Origin: Malacoraja senta
Lineage: Eukaryota
Length of the DNA: 39,786 bases
Direction: 5' to 3'
Assembly (NCBI GenBank): GCA_038087875.1
Contig: JAXLNO010000366.1
Coordinates: 62,001-101,786, forward strand
Shown: positions 21,581 to 33,495 of the stretch, in pieces
Layout: every line of letters begins with the position of its first letter
How positions within the stretch are numbered: position 1 is the first letter of the stretch
Position numbers and translations under genes: made by a program
Notes under the pieces: generated by a model
Told to the model about the DNA's origin: nothing
Database searches by the model: none
What the model saw: only the letters and a program-made list of their open reading frames with translations

Positions 21581-21905
21581 GGTGGCACAGTGGAGCAGCG
21601 GTAGAGCTGCAGCTTCACAGCGCCAGAGACACAGGTTTGATCCTGACCTTGGGTGTTGTCTGCATGAAGTTTGTGCATTCTCCCTGTGACCTTGTGGGTT
21701 TTCTCCTGGTGCTCCGGTTTATTCCCACATCCCAAAGATGTGCAAATTTGTAGGTTAATTGGCTTCTGTCAATTGTCCTTAGCGTGTTGAATGAGAAACT
21801 AGGTTTAACATAGAACTAGTGTACGGTTGATCGATAGTTGGCATTGACTCGGTGGGCCGTAGGGCCTGTTTCCATGATGTAAATCTAAAACTATAAAAAT
21901 TAAAA
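21581..21905 (+). mobile_element. HE1/V-SINE-type SINE
   Basis: tRNA-like head, V-domain-like core and CR1-like tail GGGCCG.AGGGCCTGTTTCC. Homologous to 9512-10422. Confidence 0.85.
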
Positions 21906-22167
21906 ACAAAGATAGATTCAAAATGCTGGAGTAACTCAGCGGAAGAGGCAGCATCTCTGGATTCCAGCATTTTGTTTCCTACTTCGGTGTAAACCAGAAT
22001 CTGCATTTCCTTCCTACACACTTTGACTACATTCAAATCCTATTCTATAACCCCTATGGTCAATCTTCTAGATCAACTGCACTTTCCTCTCCTTGATCCT
22101 CACATCAGTTGGTTTCTTCAATACCTAAAAATCCATTGATCACACTCTTGAATACAGTTATTACCAT

Positions 22168-22842
22168 TGCTGAATCCTCCACCATCAATAGTCAGGGGAC
22201 CACCTCTGTCCAGAAATCAAACCCGAGCAGTCATATCAATTCTGTAGCTGTGACAGCGGATCAGAGACTGGATATCTTCTCATGAGCGATTTAACTCCTG
22301 ACCTCCCAAAGCCTTTCCACAATCCACAAAGAACGTCAGGAAGCTATTGAAATATTCTCCACTTGCCTGGATAAATGCAGCTCCAATAATTCTCAAGAAA
22401 TTCTACACCATCTCGGAAAAAGCATCAAGTTAATTAGCACCCCATGAACAACCCAAAGCATTCATTCCCTCCACCTCCACCTCCAAAGCACAATGGCTGC
22501 GGTGTGCAGCATCTCTAAAATTCACTGCAGTTGCTCGCCCAAGGTTACTTGCACAGCCGTTTCCAAATCCACAGCCTCTCCATCCTACAATGACAGGAGA
22601 CTCTTGGAATGAGTTATACCTGCAGATCTCCCTCTAAATTGCAAATGATCCTGACTTGGAAATATATCGCCCGTGCTTCATTTGATCTAAATGGTGGAGC
22701 AACCTCCCTGGAAGCACCATGGAACCACATTCACCAGGGAAATCTGCTGCAGTTCATGAAGGCAGTCCATCTTTTCAAGGGGAATTAATGATGAGCAATA
22801 AACGCTGGCCTTACTATCAAAGCCCAGATCCTGAAATGAATT
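22168..22842 (+). mobile_element. Old CR1/L2-group LINE 3' fragment of a different family
   Basis: Decayed EYSPLAWINAAPIILKKFYTI segment. The 3' tail GCAATAAACGCTGGCCTT...GCCCAGATCCTGAAATGAATT resembles the tail shared with DeuSINEs (from recall). Confidence 0.6.
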
Positions 22843-23064
22843 CAACGATATACTTCTGGGAATTCCTAAGATTCACCACCCTTTGAGTGAATAAATGTCT
22901 CCCCATTTCAGTGCTCAATGGCCTACCCTTTATTTTCATGCTGTGACCTTTAGTGCTTCATTATTCAGTCGGGGACAAAGGACTACCTACATCTACCTAC
23001 CCTCTAAGAGCGGTGTAAGTTTCATTTACATCACTTCTCTTTTCAAACTGAAAACAAAATCCTG

Positions 23065-23265
23065 CTTTCTCAACTGCAGTTCCTTCCTACACATTTCGTC
23101 TCTTCCACTGCGAAAGCTACTCAAGGTTTGCATACTTTGACGAAGTTCTCCTCTCCTCTCCTTAAGGGGAGTCCGAAGAAGGGTTCCGACTCGAAACAAC
23201 CTATTCCTTTTCTCCAGAGATGCTGCTGGAGCCGCTGAATTATTCCAGCATTTTATGTCTATCTC
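23065..23265 (+). mobile_element. Penelope-like repeat (tail-spacer-head arrangement) with hammerhead-like core at 23173-23197
   Basis: CTGCAGTTCCTTCCTACACA, then CCGAAGAAGGGTTCCGACTCGAAAC and the GATGCTGC...CCGCTGAATTATTCCAGCATTTT tail. Confidence 0.6.
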
Positions 23266-23680
23266 CATATTTCTCAATCTCTTGTGAAAAACCTGCCATC
23301 CTAGGAACCAGACCGGCGGACGTCTCCTTCAGATACATAAAGTGCTAAAAGTCTCAACAAGACTGAATAAAGTTACATTGAGTGTTAACTGCTCACTTCA
23401 CAATTAACAGCAGGTTATGGATATTCAGACTAAAGCTTGGCCAGACTGCATGGTGTACATTATGAGACCTGATAATGTGTGTTCATTTTTTCTGCTGAAT
23501 ATTCTATTAAAACATTTAGATTGATGTCAGTTTGGGCCGGTCCAGCCCAGAACCTTGTTCAGGTCAGGATGACTTACGCGTAGGTGGCCGTAGAATGGGG
23601 ATGAGAAGGGGAAATAGATCTGCCATGATCAAATGGAAGATCAGACGCAATGGGCCAAAAGGTGTAATTATGCACCTATG

Positions 23681-24586
23681 TTGATGCACACATTACAGGA
23701 ACTGGGGGTCAACTCATCTCTATGTAAATGGATCTATAACTTTCTATGTGACAGAAAACAGGTGGTAAAAATTGGTAACCATGTCTCACTGGCTAGGTTC
23801 CTGAACATCGGCGCCCCCCAGGGTTGCGTTTTATCACCTCTTCTGTACTCTGTATACACACATGTTTGCTGTTCACACTCTGACTCTGTCTTGTTATTTA
23901 AGTTTGCAGATGACACATCTGTGGTAGGTCTTATTACCAATAACATCGAAACCGTTTACCGTAGGGAAGTAGAGGAGCTAGTAAGGTGGTGTGAGAACAA
24001 CAACCTCATACTTAACATCTCAAAAACTACGGAGCTGGTTGTTGATTTCAGAAAGAAGGCCACCCCCCTCCTCCCTCTCTTCATCAATGGAGAGGTGGTT
24101 GAGAGGGTCACCTTCTTTAAGTTCCTCAGGACCACCATACATCAATCCCTATCATGGGAGCTCAACACTAGTCTCATAATCAGTAAGTGCCACCAGCGAC
24201 TCTACTTCCTGCGGCAGCTCAAAAAATTCAGGGTCAGTCGACCAGCCATGACCCACTTCTATAGGTCTACCATAGAAAGCATACTCACATTCTCCATGCT
24301 TGTCTGGTATGGTCACACAACCTCGCAGGATAAGATTCGACTGGAGAGAATAGTGCGCCGAGCTTCTAAGATCATCGGTTGCAGCACACTTCCCTCAGTG
24401 ACATCACTTTACTCAACAAGACTCACCAGAAAGGCCAAAAAAATCATAGCAGACCACTTTCACCCGGCACATCACCTCTTTAATCTCCTCCCATCAGGAA
24501 GGAAATATAGAAGCATTAAAAGTAAAACATCTCGCTTCAGAGACAGCACCTACCTCCAAGCCATCAGATATTTGAATTTGCACTAA
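23681..24586 (+). CDS. Reverse transcriptase C-terminal half (Rex1/Babar ORF), open but 5'-truncated
   Basis: GAPQGCVLSPLLYSVYT, KFADDT, LNISKTTELVVDFRK, QRLYFLRQLKKF, FYRSTIESILT, HPAHHLFNLLPSGRKYRS. Confidence 0.85.
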   Translation: MMHTLQELGVNSSLCKWIYNFLCDRKQVVKIGNHVSLARFLNIGAPQGCVLSPLLYSVYTHVCCSHSDSVLLFKFADDTSVVGLITNNIETVYRREVEELVRWCENNNLILNISKTTELVVDFRKKATPLLPLFINGEVVERVTFFKFLRTTIHQSLSWELNTSLIISKCHQRLYFLRQLKKFRVSRPAMTHFYRSTIESILTFSMLVWYGHTTSQDKIRLERIVRRASKIIGCSTLPSVTSLYSTRLTRKAKKIIADHFHPAHHLFNLLPSGRKYRSIKSKTSRFRDSTYLQAIRYLNLH

Positions 24587-24859
24587 TCACTTTGCATTTT
24601 CTTTTGCACTTGCACCTACGTTTAACATGACGCTGCTGGGTACTGTCCTTCCTGTATATATTGTCCTTCGTACGATATTGTCTGTATTATTTATTATTTA
24701 TTGTGGTGTATGTGGTGGATGTATTGTACTGAATTGTATCTGTCTGAGAGCGAACCAAGACACATTCCTATCAACTTGTTGACATGGCAATAAACTTCTT
24801 GAATTGAATTGAATTGAATTGAATTGAATTGAATTGAATTGAATTGAATTGAATTGAAT
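23681..24859 (+). mobile_element. 5'-truncated Rex1/Babar non-LTR retrotransposon
   Basis: RT C-terminal ORF, 3' UTR, AATAAA at 24789 and (GAATT)11 tail at 24801-24855. Confidence 0.88.
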
Positions 24860-25679
24860 GTCTCCTGATTTTATTCTCTTATCCATTAACCTGTCCAAAT
24901 GTCTTTTAAACATTGTAATTGCAGCTGACTCCACCACTTTATCTGGCACCTTGTCACCAGGGGGCAGAGTTTCAACCCTCTCTATGCCACTCATTAATAT
25001 GTATACCTTGACCTGATCATCATATTCTTCAATCAGGGTTTCCGAGCCGTGACGTGTTGGGCAGAATGGCCTGGTATAGTGCTGTAAACCATTATCCATT
25101 CTGTGCAGGAAGATGAAGAGCCTGCCAAGATCGATCAACAATTTGGCAATTCCAAACGTCGATAGATATAAACATTTCACTGTCACACCCATGCTGAGTT
25201 CCAGCATCATTGAGAATGGGGATGTGATTGAAACAGCCTGCTAGTTATTGGACTGTCCACCGTAACTCATGATGAGAATGGATGGACCAAATGCTTCAAT
25301 CTGATCTGTGGATAGTGGAGTCATTTAGTTCCGTCGACATTGTGCTTTCTCCAGTGATTAGCGTGCAAGTAAACTGAATTGTAACCTTCTCTATCTTTAT
25401 GTATGCCTACTGCAGCTGTTGACATGTTCATCTGTACTCCTCATTGAATCACAACCAGTGTCCTGGATTGATGTTAATGGCAGAATGAGGACCATGCCTT
25501 GACACAAATGTGGTGAAATACCGTTTTTGCCATTGCTGCGAACCCACAACTGCACATGGACACCCAGTTTGGGCTGGTACTTCTTTTCTAAATATACTGC
25601 AGTGTTACCATTCTATACTCAGGAGAGTATACCTTACCCACCCTAGTGGTTCTATTAGCTCCACTGTTCGCATTGTCAC

Positions 25680-25812
25680 CTCTTCCCCAACCAACAATGG
25701 GCCATTATGGACTCCACCCCTCCTTGGTCATCCCCGCCTACCTATACTTTCTGTCTGAAGAAGGGTTCTGACCCAAACCCTCACCCATAGTTTTTCTTCA
25801 GAGATGCTGCTA
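25680..25812 (+). mobile_element. Penelope-like 3' fragment with hammerhead-like core
   Basis: GTCTGAAGAAGGGTTCTGACCCAAAC at about 25753-25778, followed by AGAGATGCTGC. Confidence 0.55.
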
Positions 25813-26104
25813 AATCCTGTACAGCATTCTCAGGTGCTGTTTTGAAGAGAGGCACACAGCTTCCTGCTGTCCTGCCTAACAATCAACCCTCCATTAGCTC
25901 TGCTTAAATGGACTTCCGGTGGCGCCATGTTGGACTGAACAGGCGTAGCATTTAGCTCCGTGCCCGTAATCGGCGAATTTTCGCTTTCAAAATTGATTTG
26001 GAAGTCGGGACCGTGTGTAAAAACTTACCGGAGCTGCTTGTCGCGGTGCTGATGACATCATCAGAAATCGCCGCGAAAATAACGGAGGTTTAAGCTATTT
26101 TTAA

Positions 26105-27176
26105 ATGAAAAGAACGACTCCCTGTCAGAGCCCTCAGAGATCTGCCTCCAAGCAACTTCTGAAAAAACAGTCACCACCTGAAAAAATTCAAGAACCTGAA
26201 GAAGTAACTGCTGAACTTCAAGAACTTGAAGAAGTAACTGCTGAACTAGCCCTGAAAATGACTACAAGATCAAAGGCTGAAATGGCTGAAAAAGTTTTAA
26301 AGGACAAAGAGATGGAGGAAATTAAGACATCGGTGAGTGACTTAAAAAATGAACTTTTGGCATGTAATAAAAGTATGATGGAGAGCATGATGAAGAACAT
26401 GAACATTGGGAATCAGAAAGTAATTGATTCAATCGGTAATATAAATAAACGAATAGACGATGTTCATGGTGAATTCTCTTTGAAAATTGATAAGGTGGAA
26501 AAAGACTGTACTAATAAGTTGGAAGTGGTCCACCAAACTGTTACAACATGTTGTACTACCATGAAAGATATGGAAATAGCAATGTTACAAATGGCTGAAG
26601 AAATGCAGAAAATCAAGAAGAATTATGAAGATATCATGGGTCAGCTGGCTAAAACGTCAGATAAATGCCTTGATTTGGAAGCAAGGTCAAGACGGCAGAA
26701 TTTAAGAATAGTTGGAGTGACAGAAGGAGAGGAGGGGAATGATCCCCGAGAGTACACTGCCAACTTACTTAAAAATATACTCGAGCTGCCAGCTAAACCG
26801 AAAATAGAAGTGGCACACCAGGTGAAACGGCCAAAATCAAGTGCACAAACAAAAGGAGCTCCCCCACGACAGATCATTGTGAAATTTCGGGACATTTCAG
26901 CTTTGGAAGAGGCCATGAGAAAAATTCAATATGGAAAGATTATGAAGTTTGGGACGGACACTATCAGACTTTTTAGAGACTATCCTTATGAAATTGCTAA
27001 AAAACGAGAAGCGTTTAAAAATACAACAGATCTTGAAAGGGCACAGGGACATCAGATATGGAATAATTTATCCAGCTAAGATGATCATTACTTATAATGG
27101 TACCGAATGCAAATTTAGTGATCCAGAAGCTGCTTACAAATACGCTCAAGACATCGTAAAAGAAATAGAGGCTTAA
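26105..27176 (+). pseudogene. L1 ORF1p (coiled coil, RRM, CTD) with one frameshift near 27020
   Basis: DLEARSRRQNLRIVGVTEGEEG, IEVAH, PRQIIVKF, IRLFRDYPYEIAKKR, then YGIIYPAKMII in the shifted frame. Confidence 0.88.
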
Positions 27177-30100
27177 GTAAAACATCACATCCTCAAGACA
27201 AGGTTCTTATTCTACAGACAACGGCTGAGGGAAGGTTGATAGAAATAACGTAAATTTTTTTTTTTTTAAAGGATTAAGATGGCGCAGCTTCTCCATGTGT
27301 GGCTGTCTAGACTCTCTTATCGCCTCAAGGACAAATTCGGCTCCAACGTGAGCAAAAGATGGAATAACAAGGGCGTGGCTGAATGAGCAACCTAACGAAG
27401 ATGGATGGAAAAAAATTCCTGAATGAAAGACTGTTAAAATGTTATCCCTACACTAATTCCATACTAACACAAAAACTACTGAACTAATATAGTAATAGTA
27501 ATTAAAGTTATTGAAATTAACACACTAACAGTAATAGTAATTGATTTAAAATTGAATTGCTTAATTGATAAAATGTAATCATTCATTATAAGGATTGACC
27601 CCCCCCCCCCCCGGGTAGGGGAGGAGGGGGGCTAAATATAAGTAAATAGTTTTACAACAGACTAACAAATTAATTTAGAAATTATGATAAGCTGTAGTTC
27701 AAATTTTGTGTGGAAGGAGGTGAGGAGATTCAGAATCTTGGCAAATAGCCAGGTGCCTGAATCGGGTTAACCCCTTCCAACCAAAGGCAGATTGGTATGG
27801 AAGGGGAAGAAAATGTAATAATTGTTAACATAAGTAAATGGTAGATAAGTTTGGAGATTAGAGAAGATTTATTTAGATATAAAGATATGGTAGATACGGT
27901 AAGCTGACACATAAAATTTGGCTTTGAATGGGTTCCAACCCTTTTGTAAGATTATTCAAGGGGACGGAGCTAAATGTAGATTAACAACTACGGAAGTCAT
28001 TAATTGTGTAACTACCACCATTAGGTGGATAATTGGTCACAGTGTCGTCATTTTTAGACACTGTGACCTCACTTTTTTGATTTTTTTTAAATGTTACAAT
28101 AATGTACACTTTTTTGTTTCTTTACTTAAGGACAATTTTGAGAAGGATGTAATAACTGACTTTAATATTGCAAATGCTCGCCCAACAGCCAGAGACCTAA
28201 GGTATTGCTTGCACCACATGTTTAAAAGGTATTAAATAATTCAAAATGCAAGACGATAAACAAAAGAAATTTGGAGGAATCACATTCTGCAGTTGGAATA
28301 TTAGGGGTGCTAATGAACCAATTAAAAGGGGTAAGATTTTTGCACAATTGAAGTTACTCAATACAGACATAATATTCCTACAAGAAACTCACTTGAAACT
28401 GCAAACTCAAGCCAGATTGAAGGCAAACTGGATAGGCCAAACATACCAATCTTCATATATTTCCAAAGCTAGAGGCACAGCAATCATTATTCGAAAAGGT
28501 ATACCATTTAAATCGAAGAATATCATGACAGATAAGGAAGGGAGATACCTTATAGTTACCGGAGAGATTCATGCTACCCCAATTACCTTGGTAAATATTT
28601 ATGTGCCTAATTTTGATAATCCTCAATTTTTTAATAATATTCTGAATATAATTACAGAGTTCAATTATCAAAATGTGATAATTGGGGGAGATTTTAACTG
28701 TGTTTTAAATCCATATTTGGATAAATCTTCACAACAGAGTAGGGGCAACACAAAATCTAAAACCAGGGAAATCTTAAATACTTACATAAAAAATACAAAT
28801 ATAACAGATGTTTGGAGGATCGCTAACCCTGTCGGAAGGGAATACTCGTTTTATTCAATGGTACACAAAACTTATTCACGTATCGACTATTTCTTAGTGG
28901 ATACAAAACTAATTCCCTATACAATGAATCCAAAATATCACAATAGTATAATTTCTGATCACTCCCTGTTAACTTGTTTTTTTAAATTAGAAGGAATGCC
29001 TTCGTTTATCGTTTTGGAGGTTTAATCCTCAAATCTTAAATGACCCACAAGGGGAAATATATTTAAAACAACAGATGGAACTTTTTTTAAAGAATAATGA
29101 CACCCAAGATACCTCACCAGTTCTACTATGGGAATCATTCTAAGCAGTTATTAGAGGATCTATAATCTCATACCAAGCTTTTTTAAATAAAAGGAATAAG
29201 AAAGAACAAAGGCAGTTAGAAGAACGAATTAGAGAATTGGAATTAGATAATGCTAAAGAGCCTACTATAGACAAACATAATAAAATAACAATAATGAAAT
29301 TTAAATTAAACAAAATATTATCAGCAAATGTTATTAGATTATTTCAAATCACAAAACAGGAAAATCTTGAATTTGGGGATAAACCACACACGCTTCTGGC
29401 TCGACAACTGAAAAAATGGGAAAAGGACCACACGATTTTAAAGATTAAATCAGATAAAGGGGAATTGTTAACACTACCTAAGGATATTAATAAAAGATTC
29501 GCTCAATTTTATCAAAATGTATATACATCTAAAGCGGTAGCAGATAGTACCAATGTTAGAGAGTTCCTGGATAATTGTAATCTCCCAAAACTCAATGTGA
29601 GTGAACAAGAGGAATTAGGTGCACAAGTCTCAACTAAGGAAATAGAAGAAACAATAAATACATTAAAGAATGGAAAAACTCCAGGACCAGATGGTTTTAG
29701 TAATGAATTTTATAAAAGATTTTATGAGATAATTACACCACGACTACATAAAATGTATACATATGCTTTTAAAGAACATACACTTCCAGAAACATTGGCG
29801 GAGTCAACGATTACACTTATACCTAAAAAAGGTAAAGGTTTAGATGATCCGGGTTCTTATAGAGCTATTGCGCTGTTAAATACAGATAAAAAAATATTAC
29901 CAAAAACATTAGCTAGAAGGCTAAGTAACTATGTCAGTAAATTAATTAATCCGGATCAAACAGGGTTTATACCCAAGAGATACTCAAGCAATAACCTGAG
30001 ACGTCTGTTTAATGTAATGCACTCACATAAAACCGAAGAGCAAGACTTATCAATTATTTCACTGGACGCAGAAAAAGCATTTGATCAAGTGGAATGGGAT

Positions 30101-31212
30101 TATATGGTTAAAGTATTGCAAAAATTTCAAGTGGGAGAGAATTTTATCGCTTGGGTAAAATTATTATATGATAGGCCTACGGCCAGAATATTAACTAATA
30201 ATATTTTGTCCTCGAAATTTCAGTTATCAAGGGGAAATAGACAGGGGTGTTCATTATCATCTCTGCTATTTGCTCTTGTAATAGAACCGTTAGCAGAAAG
30301 TATTAGGATACATCTGAATATTCATGGGTACAATATGAAATATTCAAATAATAAGTTATCTTTATATGCAGATGATGTACTACTATATATTACAAAATCA
30401 CAAACTAGTATACCAAATATATTAAATTTAATTGAGGAATTTGGATCCTTTTCAGGATATAGAATAAATTGGAATAAAAGTGAAATTATGACGATTAAGC
30501 CTCAAGAATCGACACACCTGTTAAAATTCCCTTTTAAAATCGCTTCAGAAAAATTTAAATATTTGGGAATTGAAATTACTAGAAAATATAAATCTCTATT
30601 TAATGCAAACTATATGCCCTTACTCAATAAACTAAACACACTGATTAAATTCTGGAAAACCCATCCAATGTCTCTTATAGGCCGAATAAATGCTATAAAA
30701 ATGATCTTTTTACCACAAATTTTATATCTATTCCAGTCAACATATACTTACCAAAATTTTTTTTTTTAAATTGGATGCTGATATTACAAATTTTATATGG
30801 GACAATAAATCCCACAGAATCCAAAGAAAACATTTGTGTAAACCTAAGGAATTTGGTGGATTATCACTCCCCAATTTTTTATATTATTATTGGGCCACAA
30901 ATGTCAAAAATATGATTCACCTGTTGGTCAATTCGGCCCAGCAGGTGGATTGGATAGTAATGGAGAGAGAGGACTGTTCCCCTTTTAACATAGGAGCGAT
31001 CCTTCTCTCACCAACAAAAATAAAGAATACAATATATAGTAATAATCCAATTATTCATAGTACAATTAGAATTTGGAAACAAATAAAATTAACGTTAAAA
31101 TTAAGAAATCTATCACATCTTTCACCTATAATGAATAACCCTTCGTTTAAACCTTCGTTTAAACCTTCTATGATAGATAGAGCTTTTATAAATTGGGAAA
31201 GAGTAGGAATTA

Positions 31213-31852
31213 CTCTTGTTAAAATTGTACAAGGCATTGGTGAGGCCAATTCTGGAGTATGGAGTACAATTTTGGTCGCCTAATTATAGAAAGGATGTCA
31301 ACAAAATAGAGAGAGTACAGAGGAGATTTACTAGAATGTTGCCTGGGTTTCAGCAACTAAGTTACAGAGAAAGGTTGAACAAGTTAGGTCTTTATTCTTT
31401 GGAGCGCAGAAGGTTAAGAGGGGACTTGATAGAGGTCTTTAAAATTATGAGCGGGTTAGACAGAGTTGACGTGGATAAGCTTTTTCCATTGAGAGTAGGG
31501 AAGATTGAAACAAGGGGACATGACTTGAGAATTAAGGGACAGAAGTTTAGGGGGAACATGAGGGGGAACTTCTTTACTCAGAGAGTGGTAGCTGTGTGGA
31601 ATGAGCTTCAAGTGGAAGTGGTGGAGGCTGGTTCGATTTTATCTTTTAAAAATAGATTGGATGGGTATATGGACGGGAAAGGAATGGAGGGTTATGGTCT
31701 GAGTGCAGGTAGATGGGACTAGGGGGAAGTATTTATTTAAACAAAAAAAACAACAACAAAAAACAATTATTTTTTAAAAAAGTGTTCGGCACGGACTTGA
31801 AGGGCCGAGATGGCCTGTTTCCGTGCTGTAATGGTTATATGGTTATATGGTT
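31213..31852 (+). mobile_element. 5'-truncated CR1 inserted in L1 ORF2
   Basis: ORF LYKALVRPILEYGVQFWSP...FFTQRVVAVWNEL, (TATATGGT)n tail, AATTA TSD at 31208-31212 and 31853-31857. Removal restores L1 VGIKTFGDMY. Confidence 0.92.
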
Positions 31853-32180
31853 AATTAAAACGTTTGGAGATATGTATGATAATGGAAGTTTTTTAACATT
31901 TCACCAATTACAACTTAAATACAACTTGAATAGTAATCAATATTTCAAATATTTTCAACTACGTGACTATTTGAAAAAGTATACACGAGGCCCAAGAGCC
32001 GTTGGAGAGGTCGCAGAGGGAGGAGGTACACACGAGCGGTAGGAGTTAAAAAGGAACCTAAATCTGTAACGTTCCAAGTTACACTTCAAAAACAAGTGGG
32101 TTTGAGGAAGCCGCTGATTGGTGGACGCAGACAAGAGGGAGCAGCTGATTGGGAGTCAGATCCCTGCTGATTGTACTGTA

Positions 32181-32260
32181 TTGTATCAGTTTGTTTTGTA
32201 TTGTAGCAGTTTGTTTTGTATTGTAGCAGTTTGTTTTGTATTGTAGCAGTTTGTTTTATA
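32181..32260 (+). repeat. 20-bp tandem repeat x4 in CR1 5' UTR
   Basis: TTGTAGCAGTTTGTTTTGTA unit repeated four times with 2 substitutions. Confidence 0.92.
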
Positions 32261-32282
32261 TTCTATCCAGGGTAAGGGGAGT

Positions 32283-33215
32283 ATGAGGGCCAGGGCAGTT
32301 TACTGTTCTGGATGTCAGATGTGGGAAGTCATGGAGTCTGATAGCCCTCCAGACGTCCACATCTGCGCCAGGTGTATCGAGATGGGGCTCTTAATGGACC
32401 GTATTAGGAACCTGGAGCAGCAGCTCGATGACCTCCGTCTGGTCAGGGAGAGCGAGGAAGTCATTGAGAGGAGTTACAGGGATGTGGTCACTCCAACACC
32501 ACAGGAGGCAGGCAAGTGGATCACGGTTGGGAGAGGCAAGGGGCACAGGCAGGGACTAGAGAGTACCCCGGTGGCTGTACACCTTGACAATAAGTACTCC
32601 TGTTTGAGCACTGTTGGGGTGGACAGCCTACCTGGGGGTAGCGACAGCGGCCGGGCCTCCGGTATAGAGACCGGTCCTGTTGCTCAGAAGGGTAAGGAAA
32701 AGAAGAGGGCAATATTAATAGGGGACTCTATAGTTAGGGGGTCAGACAGGCGATTCTGTGGACGCAGTCGGGAGACCCGGATGGTAGTTTGCCTCCCTGG
32801 TGCCAGGGTCTGTGATGTGTCTCAACGTGTCCAAGACATCCTGAAAGGGCAGGGAGAGGAGCCCGAGGTCGTGATACATATAGGTACCAATGACATAGGT
32901 AAAAAAAGAGAAGAGGTCCTGAAAGGAGAATTTAGGGAGTTAGGAGGGGAGTTAAAGAGAAGGACAGCAAAGATAACAATCTCGGGATTACTGCCTGTGC
33001 CACGCAACAGTGAGAGTATGAATGGAGCGAGGTGGAGGATAAATGCGTGGCTGAAGGACTGGTGCAGAAGGCAGGGATTCAAATTTCTGGATCATTGGAA
33101 CCTCTTTTGTGGAAGGTTCGACCTGTACAAAAAGGATGGGTTGCACTTGAACCTGAGGGGGACCGATATCCTGGCAGGGAGATCTGCAAAGGCTACTGGG
33201 GAGACTTTAAACTAG
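32283..33215 (+). CDS. CR1 ORF1p: zinc finger/leucine zipper plus SGNH/GDSL esterase
   Basis: CxxC..CxxC then a heptad region. SGNH blocks ILIGDSIVRG, CLPGA, HIGTND, DGLHLN. Intact 310 aa. Confidence 0.92.
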   Translation: MRARAVYCSGCQMWEVMESDSPPDVHICARCIEMGLLMDRIRNLEQQLDDLRLVRESEEVIERSYRDVVTPTPQEAGKWITVGRGKGHRQGLESTPVAVHLDNKYSCLSTVGVDSLPGGSDSGRASGIETGPVAQKGKEKKRAILIGDSIVRGSDRRFCGRSRETRMVVCLPGARVCDVSQRVQDILKGQGEEPEVVIHIGTNDIGKKREEVLKGEFRELGGELKRRTAKITISGLLPVPRNSESMNGARWRINAWLKDWCRRQGFKFLDHWNLFCGRFDLYKKDGLHLNLRGTDILAGRSAKATGETLN

Positions 33216-33495
33216 AATGGTTGGGGGGAGGGATTCAAATAGAGAATGCTATTAGACAGTGTGTGAGGCAGGAGGCAGAGAAGGAAAGCACTCAGACCTA
33301 ACATGTAGGGGGGAAAGAAGAAAACAATAATAAACAGAGAATAAGAGGTGGTGGGGTTCTTAAATGGGTGAGCAGAGAAACAGAGGGGTGTAAAATGCGG
33401 GCGGAAGCAATAGGTAGCAAGGTGAAAAGTAAAAGTGGCAGGCAGACAAATCCAGGGCAAAAATCAAAAAGAGCCACTTTTCAACATAATTGTAT

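Noticed and set aside
24698..25210. 170-aa minus-strand ORF with IQFNS repeats
   Set aside because: Read-through across the (GAATT)n tail and a CR1 fragment, not a gene.
32181..32260. Regular repeats as a possible CRISPR-like array (also 5416-5656)
   Set aside because: Head-to-tail tandem units with no unique spacers, inside eukaryotic retroelements.
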